Assembly: GCA_017003895.1 (NCBI GenBank)
Contig: GCA_017003895.1_4520.1
Direction: 5' to 3' (one strand)
DNA from: a phage
Length of the DNA: 64,000 bases
Shown: positions 1 through 8,615 of the stretch, one piece after another
Layout: each line of letters begins with the position of its first letter
How positions within the stretch are numbered: position 1 is the stretch's first letter
The notes under the pieces: generated by a model
The model's input: the letters and a program-made list of their open reading frames with translations, nothing else
What the model was told of the DNA's origin: nothing
The model's database searches: none
Program-made: the position numbers and the translations under genes

Positions 1-204
1 AAAGTTGTAGTTGATCCAGAAAGCTTGCAACCGTCTATCGGATTATTGGTTAGATATGCTTTATCAGCAAATCCTTACACAGTAGCAAAAGATGAAAAAG
101 AAGCGAGAATAATTGATGGCGGGGACATGGATAAAATGGCAGGACGTTCAGACTTGTCTGTTTTATTAGGTGTTAAGCTACCAAAAATTATCATTGATGA
201 ATAA
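1..204 (+). CDS. 3' end of an upstream structural gene (partial; head vertex gp24-like by position only)
   Basis: Frame 1 is open from the window edge to TAA at 202-204 (…DMDKMAGRSDLSVLLGVKLPKIIIDE*); lies immediately upstream of rnlB/hoc as gene 24 does in T4. Confidence 0.4.
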   Translation, partial: KVVVDPESLQPSIGLLVRYALSANPYTVAKDEKEARIIDGGDMDKMAGRSDLSVLLGVKLPKIIIDE

Positions 205-232
205 AAAAAGGGACCTTACGGTCCCTTTTTTC
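205..232. terminator. bidirectional rho-independent terminator between the head gene (+) and rnlB (-)
   Basis: aaaaaaa GGGACC ttac GGTCCC tttttt: GC stem flanked by an A-run and a T-run. Confidence 0.7.
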
Positions 233-233
233 G

Positions 234-1232
234 TTATGATACTAATTCAATCCATGCAGGACGCAGAACATCTTGCACCATTCGGACTAATTCTTTCTTA
301 ACAAGATTCGGATTATCAGATGATGCTAATACAATACCTTCACGAGAAGTTTCTTCCAGAATATCTTGAACAGTCAGTCCCATCACTTTGCCAAAATCTT
401 TTGGCGTTACAACCCCAATCTTAGAAATCACATTATTAACACGATTTAATGTAACATAACAAGCTAGAACATCAAGCAAGTTTTTGTCAATTTCGGTTAA
501 TGGAACCTGAGTTTTAACAGGTTTATCAGACTTTTTCTTTTCACTGAATTTAGAGTTCTTGCACTTAATAGCAACACGAGTACCGTTTGGCAGCCATTTA
601 GGGAAACAAGGCTTCAGAACATAACCTTCTGCAGTATTATTACCAATAACATTAGCATCAAATACACAATTATTTGCTTCGACAAGGTCTTCTGACGCAG
701 TAGCATTATAAGCGGCTAAGACGGAATCAAGGTCATTTGGAATCATGATAAGAGAATCAAATGTTCCACGTCCAAGCATTGGTGCCATTTTAAAACCGAA
801 TTCATTACAGAAATCTTGCATTTCGTAATCGGTCAAATATGTATTATCACCACTTTCTGTATTGATAAGGATGTCGAACACATAAAAATCTTTTTCACCG
901 TAGTCAACACCTTTCTGGATTCCACCACCGGCGAATTCACCGAATACTTGATACGATACGGCTCGAGCTGTATACATGAATTCCTGAACGGCTTTAATAG
1001 CTTTATCATACTTCTTGAGTACGATTTCATAACCATAAAAATCTTCTGCTGGAAGAATAGGGCCTGTGCGCTTGGCGCATGTGACGTTGTCACGTTCAAT
1101 TATTAACGAGAAGTTGGTCCCATGGATTTTCTCACGTGCTACCCAAACACCAGTAGTCAAACCATTAGTGTAGAGTTTTTCAATAAACTTAGAGTTGTAG
1201 TGGTTTTCAAGACTGCTGTATTTCTTAAACAT
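234..1232 (-). CDS. rnlB: RNA ligase 2 (Rnl2)
   Basis: 332 aa; N-terminus [20 protein letters not shown]… with KIHGTNFS adenylation motif; near-colinear with T4 Rnl2 as recalled. Confidence 0.9.
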   Translation of the reverse strand: MFKKYSSLENHYNSKFIEKLYTNGLTTGVWVAREKIHGTNFSLIIERDNVTCAKRTGPILPAEDFYGYEIVLKKYDKAIKAVQEFMYTARAVSYQVFGEFAGGGIQKGVDYGEKDFYVFDILINTESGDNTYLTDYEMQDFCNEFGFKMAPMLGRGTFDSLIMIPNDLDSVLAAYNATASEDLVEANNCVFDANVIGNNTAEGYVLKPCFPKWLPNGTRVAIKCKNSKFSEKKKSDKPVKTQVPLTEIDKNLLDVLACYVTLNRVNNVISKIGVVTPKDFGKVMGLTVQDILEETSREGIVLASSDNPNLVKKELVRMVQDVLRPAWIELVS

Positions 1233-1351
1233 AAATCACCATTATAAATAATAATATCAAAATAATTAGCAGAGACTCTGTCTCCGACCAGATGTTTAAT
1301 TTGAATGGATAGAACCTAGATTCATTATACCATCAAAAAATGTAAAGCATA

Positions 1352-1603
1352 TTAGAACTTGATTTCTATCCAGTGCCCATCACGCTGGTCGTGATTAATT
1401 TTATACTGAAAGCCATTATCACGTAACCACTGACCGACTTGTTCGGTTATAGTTAAATCGTTCTTTGACGGGTAGTACGTGAATTGTGTCTGACCTTTGT
1501 CAGCAGCTTTCTCTGCCATCACAGAGAAGTTAGTAATAAAATCACTCAACAAATTAGCTTTAGTGGCCAGAGCCCTTTCTCTTAATTCCTGTGCAAAACT
1601 CAT
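1352..1603 (-). CDS. hypothetical small protein (position of T4 24.x ORFs)
   Basis: 83 aa ORF tightly packed between rnlB and the next ORF, stop/start overlap with 1600..1806. Confidence 0.5.
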   Translation of the reverse strand: MSFAQELRERALATKANLLSDFITNFSVMAEKAADKGQTQFTYYPSKNDLTITEQVGQWLRDNGFQYKINHDQRDGHWIEIKF

Positions 1604-1806
1604 TTCTTCACCTTTTTGTTAATCAAACGTTTACGGTATACAACTTTTTCTTTTGCTTTAAACTTTGACCGAGCTGTCTCGGCTTTAGTCCATAGTAATC
1701 CAACTTCTTTAGGTTGTAAACCGATTTTTTGAGCAATTTCTACGAATGAAAATCCCGCCTCATGTAATGTATAAACTTCAACCTCAGTTCTCATAATCAA
1801 TCTCAT
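1600..1806 (-). CDS. hypothetical small basic protein
   Basis: 68 aa ORF, Lys-rich C-terminus; ATGA-type overlap with downstream ORF. Confidence 0.5.
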   Translation of the reverse strand: MRLIMRTEVEVYTLHEAGFSFVEIAQKIGLQPKEVGLLWTKAETARSKFKAKEKVVYRKRLINKKVKK

Positions 1807-1860
1807 GTTATCGAGTTGGTGCCATTATATACATCAATCCCAAGTCGTGTTTTTATGCTT

Positions 1861-1889
1861 TAAAAACGAAGAAAGGGGCCGAAGCCCCT
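1861..1889 (-). terminator. rho-independent terminator downstream of hoc
   Basis: Stem AGGGGC cgaa GCCCCT (1874-1889) followed on the minus strand by a T-run. Confidence 0.6.
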
Positions 1890-1894
1890 TACGA

Positions 1895-3313
1895 TTATGG
1901 ATATGTATAGATGATACCAGTTTCCAAAGCAGTTTTATGGATGATATATCCATTACGCGATTCTTGAACATCAACTTCTGGATAATCTTTCATCATCTTC
2001 TGGAGAGTGTAACGATGCAGGTAGTATTTACTATCTGGGTCGTCAATTTTCCAATCTTTACCTTCTTCAGTCATTTTTTGGATTTCATCCATAACCCACC
2101 AACCGCACCAGATGTAAGCTGAAGTACGATGTGGAAGAGGATGGACATAAGGCAATTCACCTTCTGGTTCCGGAGCAACTTTATCAGTTACCTGAACTTG
2201 ACCCGTCGTTTTAACTGTTTTACTATCATAATCGGTTGCAGTAACAACTGCAGTAACTTCAATAGTTTGACTTCCAACAGATGAGGTATCAACTGTATAC
2301 ACATTAGTCGATCCTTCTACAGGAGAAGAATCTTTCTTCCATGAATAAGTAATTTGTGCCGATTCTGGTGCACCAGTCACATTAGCAGTAAATGTAGCCG
2401 AAGCATCTTGCTGGACATTAATAGAAGGAGGAGTCAATGTAACCTGTGGATTCATTGTCTTCTTATTAACAGTCAGTGACACTTCATTAGAAGTAACTTC
2501 TTTTGCATTATAATCATCAGCAGTTACTTGGGCTACGCATTTAATTCTTTTGACTCCATTCGTAGTTGGAGTATAGTTAAATGTAGAGTTAGTTTCTCCA
2601 CCAACTTGAGAATCATCTACATACCATTGATATGTAGCAGACGCTCCAGCAGGTTGAGAAGCTAAGGCCGCAGTAAATTTAACCGGGGTTCCAATTACTC
2701 CAGCTGAAGGACTAGCAGGAGTTACTGCCAATGTAGTGGTCTGCGTCTTTTTATTAACAGTCAGTGATACTTCATTAGAAGTAACGCTCAGCGCATCATA
2801 ATTTGCTGCAGTTACTTGAGCTACACACTTGATTTTTTTAACTCCGCTTGTGGTAGGAGTGTAATTGAATGTAGCGCTAGTCGCTTCGCTCACAGGAGAA
2901 TCGTCAACATACCATTGATACGTAGCAGATGCACCTGATGGCTGCGAAGCCAAAGCAGCAGTAAATTTAACAGCTGTTCCAATTACTCCTGCTGGAGGAC
3001 TATTGGGAGTTACGGCTAATGTAGTCGTCTGAGTTTTGTTTTTGACTGTAATAGTTGTAGTAGCTTCTGCTGTTTCAGCATCAGTATCTGGGACTGTGTT
3101 TGTTGCAACTACTTTAATAGTCTTTTGTCCAGCAGGACCCTTTAATACATAACTAAAAGTTGCTTCAGCTCCATCTTGTGGAGCATCGTCTACAGTCCAA
3201 GCATAAGTAATAGTTCCACCTCCAGTTTCACCACTGGGCGTAGCAGTAAACTGCTTAGTCTGATCTATAACTCCAGTAGGCGTTTTAGGAGTTATATCAA
3301 CTGTAAAAGCCAT
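1895..3313 (-). CDS. hoc: highly immunogenic outer capsid protein Hoc with four Ig-like domains
   Basis: 472 aa; Thr/Ser-rich Ig-like repeats (…YQWYVDDS…FNYTPTT…KCVAQVTA…), conserved C-terminal capsid-binding segment; position next to inh. Confidence 0.8.
   Translation of the reverse strand: MAFTVDITPKTPTGVIDQTKQFTATPSGETGGGTITYAWTVDDAPQDGAEATFSYVLKGPAGQKTIKVVATNTVPDTDAETAEATTTITVKNKTQTTTLAVTPNSPPAGVIGTAVKFTAALASQPSGASATYQWYVDDSPVSEATSATFNYTPTTSGVKKIKCVAQVTAANYDALSVTSNEVSLTVNKKTQTTTLAVTPASPSAGVIGTPVKFTAALASQPAGASATYQWYVDDSQVGGETNSTFNYTPTTNGVKRIKCVAQVTADDYNAKEVTSNEVSLTVNKKTMNPQVTLTPPSINVQQDASATFTANVTGAPESAQITYSWKKDSSPVEGSTNVYTVDTSSVGSQTIEVTAVVTATDYDSKTVKTTGQVQVTDKVAPEPEGELPYVHPLPHRTSAYIWCGWWVMDEIQKMTEEGKDWKIDDPDSKYYLHRYTLQKMMKDYPEVDVQESRNGYIIHKTALETGIIYTYP
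2462..3040. repeat. tandem direct repeat (2 x ~288 bp) inside hoc encoding two near-identical Ig-like domains
   Basis: DNA blocks starting ~2462 and ~2750 are highly similar (e.g. ttattaacagtcagtga(c/t)acttcattagaagtaac at both); the protein shows two ~95 aa repeats KKTQTTTLAVTP…VSLTVNKK. Confidence 0.8.
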
Positions 3314-3322
3314 AAGTTATCC

Positions 3323-3991
3323 TTATTTTAATGTTACGAAAGAAGAATTACGAGTTTCGCGAATTAGAACTGATCCATCGCGATTAATATAATAAATTAA
3401 GCTAAATAGTGTTTGGTGTGCCGACGCATGTTCAAAACTGGTTGGGCGAGATTTCCAATCAGGTGTTTCGGCTATCCATTGATAAATCCACCAAGGAACA
3501 GTAACATACCCTGGGCCTTTGCCTAATTTAATGAGTGTAGGACTAAAATTTTCAGGCAGAACAAATTTTACTTCTTTATTTACTTCTGGCTCAGGCTCTT
3601 TTTCAGATTCAACAACCTGAGTAATTGCTTCTTCAAATTTATCATGGTCGAATTCTATTTCTTGTTCGACAACTTCTAATACTTCAACTTGTTCTGCCGG
3701 AGAATCAAACAACAGAATAGCTTCTTCTTTAACTTCTTCGTTGGTGAAATTAACACCGTCCACATCATCTGCGGCAGTAATTAAATCGGTGATAGATAAT
3801 CCATCAGTTTCAGGTAATGGTTCATTAGCCAGTGCGTTAAGAGCTTCTTCGATATCAATAACAATATTATCGAATGATTTTGTTTTCTTAACACTAATAC
3901 CAAATTGTGCCGCATATTCAAACAGTTTAGCTTTGGCTTCCTTTTTATCAGAGAGAGCACGTAACTCTTCAATATAGTCTTTATCGATCAT
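3323..3991 (-). CDS. inh: inhibitor of prohead protease (Inh-like)
   Basis: 222 aa acidic protein immediately upstream of hoc, same position and size as T4 Inh. Confidence 0.6.
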   Translation of the reverse strand: MIDKDYIEELRALSDKKEAKAKLFEYAAQFGISVKKTKSFDNIVIDIEEALNALANEPLPETDGLSITDLITAADDVDGVNFTNEEVKEEAILLFDSPAEQVEVLEVVEQEIEFDHDKFEEAITQVVESEKEPEPEVNKEVKFVLPENFSPTLIKLGKGPGYVTVPWWIYQWIAETPDWKSRPTSFEHASAHQTLFSLIYYINRDGSVLIRETRNSSFVTLK

Positions 3992-4004
3992 GGTATTTCC
4001 TCAT

Positions 4005-4012
4005 TATAAATA
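4005..4012 (+). promoter_or_regulatory. late promoter (TATAAATA) for uvsW
   Basis: Exact TATAAATA 30 nt upstream of the uvsW ATG in the inh/uvsW divergent spacer. Confidence 0.5.
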
Positions 4013-4041
4013 TAACTATATTTATTACATGGTAATTTGAC

Positions 4042-5556
4042 ATGACTGACATTAAAGTACATTTTTATGATTTTAGTCACGTGCGCATTGAATGCGACGA
4101 AAGTACGTTTTACGAACTTCGTGACTTTTTTAGCTTTGAAGCTGACGGGTATAAATTTAACCCAAAATATCGCTATGGGCAATGGGATGGTAGAATTCGT
4201 CTTTTAGATTACAACCGTTTGTTACCATATGGGCTTGTAGGACAAATAAAAAAGTTCTGTAACAATATGAGTTATTCTGTATGGATTGACCCTAAAATCT
4301 TTGAGACTGAAGACCTTACCAGGGAAGATTTTGACGCATGGCTTTCTAAACAAGAAATTTATTCAGGCAACACCAAAATCGAACCACATTGGTATCAAAA
4401 AGATGCAGTATATGAAGGACTAGTTAATCGTCGTCGAATTTTAAACCTTCCAACATCAGCAGGTAAATCACTAATCCAAGCACTTTTAGCTCGATATTAT
4501 CTAGAGAACTATGAAGGTAAAATTCTCATTATCGTCCCTACAACAGCATTGACAACCCAGATGGCTAATGATTTTGTCGATTATCGCTTGTTTAGTCATT
4601 CGATGATTAAGAAAATCGGCGGTGGTGCTGATAAAGCGGACAAATCCAAAAACGACGCTCCAATTATTGTTGGCACATGGCAAACGGTAGTTAAGCAGCC
4701 TAAAGAATGGTTCTCTCAGTTCGGTATGATGATGAACGATGAATGCCACTTAGCAACAGGCAAAAGTATTTCTTCAATAATCTCAGGATTAAATAATTGC
4801 ATGTTTAAATTCGGTTTATCTGGCTCATTAAGAGACGGAAAAGCCAATGTAATGCAGTACGTAGGTATGTTCGGCGAAATCTTCCGTCCTGTTAGCACGT
4901 CTAAATTAATGGAAGACGGACAGGTAACTGAGCTTAAGATTAATAGTATTTTCCTTCGTTATCCGGACGAATTCGCCATTAAATTAAAAGGTAAAACATA
5001 CCAAGAAGAAGTTAAAATTATTACCGGACTAAAACGACGTACAAAGTGGATTGCTCAACTTTCAGTCAAATTAGCTAAGAAAGACGAGAACGCCTTTGTA
5101 ATGTTTAAACACGTTACACATGGTAAAGAAATATTTGAAGCTATTAAAGAGCTTGGATACGAAAAAGTTTATTACGTATCAGGTGAAGTTGATACCGAAA
5201 CACGTAACGCGCTTAAAGTCATGGCAGAAAATGGTAAAGGCATTATTATTGTCGCATCATATGGAGTATTCTCTACTGGTATTTCAGTCAAGAATCTTCA
5301 TCATGTTATTTTTGCCCATGGTGTTAAATCAAAAATTATCGTACTTCAAACCGTAGGTCGCGTGCTTCGTAAGCATGGTTCTAAAGCTGTTGCTACAGTT
5401 TGGGATCTCATCGATGACGCAGGTGTAAAACCTAAATCATTAAATACTAAAAAGAAGTATACTCATCTTAATTACTTGTTAAAACACGGTATTGATCGTA
5501 TCCAACGTTACGCTGATGAGAAATTTAACTATGTAATGAAAACAATTAATTTATAA
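4042..5556 (+). CDS. uvsW: UvsW RNA-DNA/DNA-DNA helicase (SF2)
   Basis: 504 aa; Walker A (PTSAGKS), DEAH-like box (MMMNDECH), helicase C motifs; N-terminus MTDIKVHFYDFSHVRIE as in T4 UvsW. Confidence 0.9.
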   Translation: MTDIKVHFYDFSHVRIECDESTFYELRDFFSFEADGYKFNPKYRYGQWDGRIRLLDYNRLLPYGLVGQIKKFCNNMSYSVWIDPKIFETEDLTREDFDAWLSKQEIYSGNTKIEPHWYQKDAVYEGLVNRRRILNLPTSAGKSLIQALLARYYLENYEGKILIIVPTTALTTQMANDFVDYRLFSHSMIKKIGGGADKADKSKNDAPIIVGTWQTVVKQPKEWFSQFGMMMNDECHLATGKSISSIISGLNNCMFKFGLSGSLRDGKANVMQYVGMFGEIFRPVSTSKLMEDGQVTELKINSIFLRYPDEFAIKLKGKTYQEEVKIITGLKRRTKWIAQLSVKLAKKDENAFVMFKHVTHGKEIFEAIKELGYEKVYYVSGEVDTETRNALKVMAENGKGIIIVASYGVFSTGISVKNLHHVIFAHGVKSKIIVLQTVGRVLRKHGSKAVATVWDLIDDAGVKPKSLNTKKKYTHLNYLLKHGIDRIQRYADEKFNYVMKTINL

Positions 5557-5581
5557 GGGCTTCGGCCCTTAGGAGATAAAA

Positions 5582-5812
5582 ATGGTACTTGAATTTAAAC
5601 AATTTTTATACGAAGCATCTATTGACGAATTCATGGGTAAAATTGCTAGTTGTCATACCTTAGAAGGGCTTGAAGAATTGGAAGCTTATTATAAGAAACG
5701 TATAAAAGAAACGGAATTAAAAGATACAGATGATATTTCTGTCAGGGATGCCTTAGCAGGTAAGCGTGCCGAACTTGAAGGCGATGATGAGGATGTGGAA
5801 GAAGACTTCTAA
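5582..5812 (+). CDS. uvsW.1: UvsW.1-like small acidic protein
   Basis: 76 aa ORF directly after uvsW with its own RBS (aggag at 5571-5575). Confidence 0.7.
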   Translation: MVLEFKQFLYEASIDEFMGKIASCHTLEGLEELEAYYKKRIKETELKDTDDISVRDALAGKRAELEGDDEDVEEDF

Positions 5813-5813
5813 T

Positions 5814-5848
5814 TAAAAAAAAAAGGCCCGACCTTTTTGGAAGGGCCA
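5814..5848 (-). terminator. candidate terminator at the end of the uvsY-side minus-strand transcript
   Basis: GGCCC…GGGCC stem preceded on the plus strand by an 11-nt A-run (T-run on the minus strand). Confidence 0.4.
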
Positions 5849-5874
5849 AAAACCATAGGCAAAAAAGGTAACAC

Positions 5875-6042
5875 TATAGTAAAAGTTGGGTTTCGTTCAA
5901 TTGCTCTTCTGAACTTTCTGAAACCGGTAATTGTTGGACATAATTATAACAAGGACCAGGATGTGCTGGACCTTTGTCTGTTTCAACAACCAATGCAGAA
6001 TCGATTGGAGTTTTACAGACAACACAAATCTTATCTGACATG
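5875..6042 (-). CDS. small Cys-rich (zinc-ribbon-like) protein, 55 aa
   Basis: Hand-translated ORF below the 60-aa track cutoff: MSDKICVVCKTPIDSALVVETDKGPAHPGPCYNYVQQLPVSESSEEQLNETQLLL; GGAGG RBS (rc of 6048-6052) 5 nt upstream of the ATG. Confidence 0.4.
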
Positions 6043-6073
6043 ATTGCCTCCTAAGTTGAAATTACATATCTAT

Positions 6074-6298
6074 TTATACAACTCGCATGCACATATCGAT
6101 ACCCATATCTTTTGTATAAAAATACTCGTCGATGTACCCAGCAAACTTCCCTTTAATATAAAGGACGTCTTCGCCACAAGGGTGGTCTGCCAGAATACGA
6201 ATATCCTGGCGACGTAGACGATACTTTTCCATTAAGAATTTAATTTCAGTTTCAAATTCTTCATCATTATTAAAGGCATCTTCAATTGAATAACGCAT
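6074..6298 (-). CDS. hypothetical protein (uvsY-proximal small ORF)
   Basis: 74 aa ORF; ATGA-type overlap with uvsY stop at 6298. Confidence 0.55.
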   Translation of the reverse strand: MRYSIEDAFNNDEEFETEIKFLMEKYRLRRQDIRILADHPCGEDVLYIKGKFAGYIDEYFYTKDMGIDMCMRVV

Positions 6299-6711
6299 TA
6301 TTGCCCCGCTTCAAATTCTCGCATATCCTGGATATGTTTAAGTGCAAAACTACGAGACTTAACTGCGTCAAGTGCACCACTACAGAACTCAAGTAAAATT
6401 CCCCAGTATTGTAAAGTAGTCTCTATTTTAAGCACATCTTTATCTGCGGCCAAGACAGTTTTCATTTCAGATTTCTCGTATCGGTCCATACTGAATTCAT
6501 CACCGTCACCTCGTCCCGAGTAGTAGTCTAATCTTGCTTTTAGAGCAGTTTTCTTCTGAGTCTCTATACGCAACATTTCTTTACGAATAAATGAGTGCTT
6601 ACGTAGCCATTTGCTGTATAACTTAACATTATTCGCCGTCTCATATTGCAACTTTGTCATATCAATAGCTAAGTCTGCGTCTAACTCTTCCTGTAAATCT
6701 TCCAGCTTCAT
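6298..6711 (-). CDS. uvsY: recombination mediator UvsY
   Basis: 137 aa (same length as T4 UvsY), coiled-coil-rich; position between uvsW and gene 25; MotA-type promoter upstream. Confidence 0.85.
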   Translation of the reverse strand: MKLEDLQEELDADLAIDMTKLQYETANNVKLYSKWLRKHSFIRKEMLRIETQKKTALKARLDYYSGRGDGDEFSMDRYEKSEMKTVLAADKDVLKIETTLQYWGILLEFCSGALDAVKSRSFALKHIQDMREFEAGQ

Positions 6712-6765
6712 AATATTCTCTCTTTAACTAATAATCTCCCGGCTGTATCGGAAGGACCTAAAACC

Positions 6766-6792
6766 ATTATACATAGGTCGCCTTGAAGCATT
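6766..6792 (-). promoter_or_regulatory. MotA-dependent middle promoter upstream of uvsY
   Basis: Minus strand reads aaTGCTTCA-(12 nt)-TATAAT, matching the MotA box/-10 architecture; overlaps the gp25 stop. Confidence 0.5.
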
Positions 6793-7189
6793 ACACTCTA
6801 TTGCTTGACGCTAACTGAAGTTTAATTTGTTCAATATCGTCAGGGTTGTCTACGACCGAAAATCTAATCTCTACTATAACCGTATAGTCGTCATATACTG
6901 GCGTTACACTTACAGAAAGTTTGTCAATGCGCGGCTCATAGTTACGGACGGCTGCCTGGATATTACGCTCAATCGTATCGGCTGTAAGCGGTGTCATGTT
7001 CTCGAAAAGTTCGTCAACCAAATCGCATCCAAATTCAGGGTCGAAGGGGCGTGAGCCTTTTCTAGTTGTTACTATGCCAAGAAGACTATTTTTAATAGAA
7101 CGAAGTCCTACAGAACGAGCAACGTCCTTGTTCCAATCCATACGCATTTCTGGGTCGATATCTGAATAAAGTTTATTGATATTAGACAT
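6791..7189 (-). CDS. 25: baseplate wedge protein gp25
   Basis: 132 aa; N-terminus MSNINKLYSDIDPEMRMDWNKD… matches T4 gp25 as recalled; synteny. Confidence 0.85.
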   Translation of the reverse strand: MSNINKLYSDIDPEMRMDWNKDVARSVGLRSIKNSLLGIVTTRKGSRPFDPEFGCDLVDELFENMTPLTADTIERNIQAAVRNYEPRIDKLSVSVTPVYDDYTVIVEIRFSVVDNPDDIEQIKLQLASSNRV

Positions 7190-7815
7190 TATAGTAACTC
7201 AAAGAATTCTTTGAGGCCTCGTATTGTGTGAACGTGTGACGCCCCACATTTGGGACATTTAATAGGGGTTGCCAGATAAATTGATGGCGATACTAAAAGA
7301 TTTTTAATATTGATCATGTCATCTTCTGTTATAAGGCCGTAAAGGTCGTTTATTTCTGCTTCAGTTAAATCTTCAACAGGGATGGACTCTCCATTGACAA
7401 AAACGGCCTCAATACATGAAGCAATCATTAATGCGATATTTTTATCGTCAAATAATTTAGGTTGACGGAACTTAATTTTAATACCACTAAACGAATACCA
7501 GGGATCGGCCTGTTCATCTAATTGAGTGTGCAATAAATTCATATAGACTTGAAATGAATGCCCACAGGAACAATTCCAGGTGTGTTCTTGATTCACTTCA
7601 CCTAATGAATGTGCCCAAAGATTTACCAACAATAACTCGGCTTCTTGTTTAGTCAAGTTTTTAGCATTAGAGCAATTAGTGATAATATTGTTCACTGCGG
7701 ATTCAATAGTACCGGTAGCCCGCGCACCTATGAGTCCTAAATATTCTTTTAAAGTAAAGGCTCTACAATTCACTTCTTTATCGCCTAAACGTACGGTAAA
7801 CGTATATTTGTACAT
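7189..7815 (-). CDS. 26: baseplate hub subunit gp26
   Basis: 208 aa; synteny 25-26-51; start 18 nt from a late promoter. Confidence 0.75.
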   Translation of the reverse strand: MYKYTFTVRLGDKEVNCRAFTLKEYLGLIGARATGTIESAVNNIITNCSNAKNLTKQEAELLLVNLWAHSLGEVNQEHTWNCSCGHSFQVYMNLLHTQLDEQADPWYSFSGIKIKFRQPKLFDDKNIALMIASCIEAVFVNGESIPVEDLTEAEINDLYGLITEDDMINIKNLLVSPSIYLATPIKCPKCGASHVHTIRGLKEFFELL

Positions 7816-7833
7816 GTTAACTCCTTTATTGTG

Positions 7834-7845
7834 TATTTATAAATA
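7834..7845. promoter_or_regulatory. palindromic late promoter block serving divergent genes 26 (-) and 51 (+)
   Basis: tatttataaata is its own reverse complement, so TATAAATA reads on both strands; 18 nt from each start codon, with an AGGAG-type RBS on each side. Confidence 0.55.
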
Positions 7846-7862
7846 ATAGAAAAGGAGTAATT

Positions 7863-8615
7863 ATGGCTAATATAATTCGTTGTAAATTACCGGATGGTGT
7901 TCATCGTTTTAAGCCGTTCACTGTGGCGGATTATAGAGACTTTTTACTAGTTAGAAATGATATCGAACATCGTTCGCCGCAAGAACAAAAAGAAATAATT
8001 GCCGATCTGATTGATGATTATTTTGGCGAGTACCCTAAAACATGGCAACCATTTATATTCCTGCAAGTTTTTGCAGGCTCTATAGGCAAAACAAAAGTTC
8101 CCGTTATTTTCACTTGCCCTAAATGCTCTAAAGAAAAAACTGCACCATTTGAGATATATCAAAAAGAACTAGTCGAACCTGAACTTGATGTTGCTGGTAT
8201 AAAAATACGTTTTTCTTTCCCTGAAAAGTTTTATGACAATAAAGCATTAATGATAAGTGAAAACATAAAAGAAATATATTATAATGATGAATGGTACCCA
8301 TGGAATGATTTGACTGAAGAGAACCAAATCCAAGTAATAGAAGCAATAGACATTGACTCGCTCGAGAAGGTTATTGCTTCTATGAACCCTATTAATTTGA
8401 CCCTTAGATTAGGTTGTTGTGAACGTCATGTTAAAACATATACTGATATCTTAGAGGTTTTTAAATTGTTAGTTAACCCTGATGAGATTTTTACATTCTA
8501 TCAGATAAACCATTCACTAGTAAAGAGTCAATACACATTGGATTCTATTATGCAAATGATTCCTGTTGAACGTGGTATTGCTTTAACATTAGTAGAAAAG
8601 GACCATAAAAAATGA
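7863..8615 (+). CDS. 51: baseplate hub assembly protein gp51
   Basis: 250 aa, divergent from gene 26; late promoter TATAAATA and RBS aaaggag upstream. Confidence 0.75.
   Translation: MANIIRCKLPDGVHRFKPFTVADYRDFLLVRNDIEHRSPQEQKEIIADLIDDYFGEYPKTWQPFIFLQVFAGSIGKTKVPVIFTCPKCSKEKTAPFEIYQKELVEPELDVAGIKIRFSFPEKFYDNKALMISENIKEIYYNDEWYPWNDLTEENQIQVIEAIDIDSLEKVIASMNPINLTLRLGCCERHVKTYTDILEVFKLLVNPDEIFTFYQINHSLVKSQYTLDSIMQMIPVERGIALTLVEKDHKK

Noticed and set aside
816-1106. Plus- and minus-strand track ORFs (816..1106 +, 833..1099 -) inside rnlB
   Set aside because: They lie within or antisense to a well-supported gene, lack RBS context and have low-complexity composition; the same applies to most sub-110-aa antisense track ORFs inside hoc, uvsW, gp29, alt, nrdA, gp34, gp37, rIIA and others
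5837-6043. 68-aa plus-strand ORF between uvsW.1 and uvsY
   Set aside because: It is antisense to a better-supported minus-strand 55-aa ORF with a GGAGG RBS, and begins inside the A-rich terminator region with no RBS of its own
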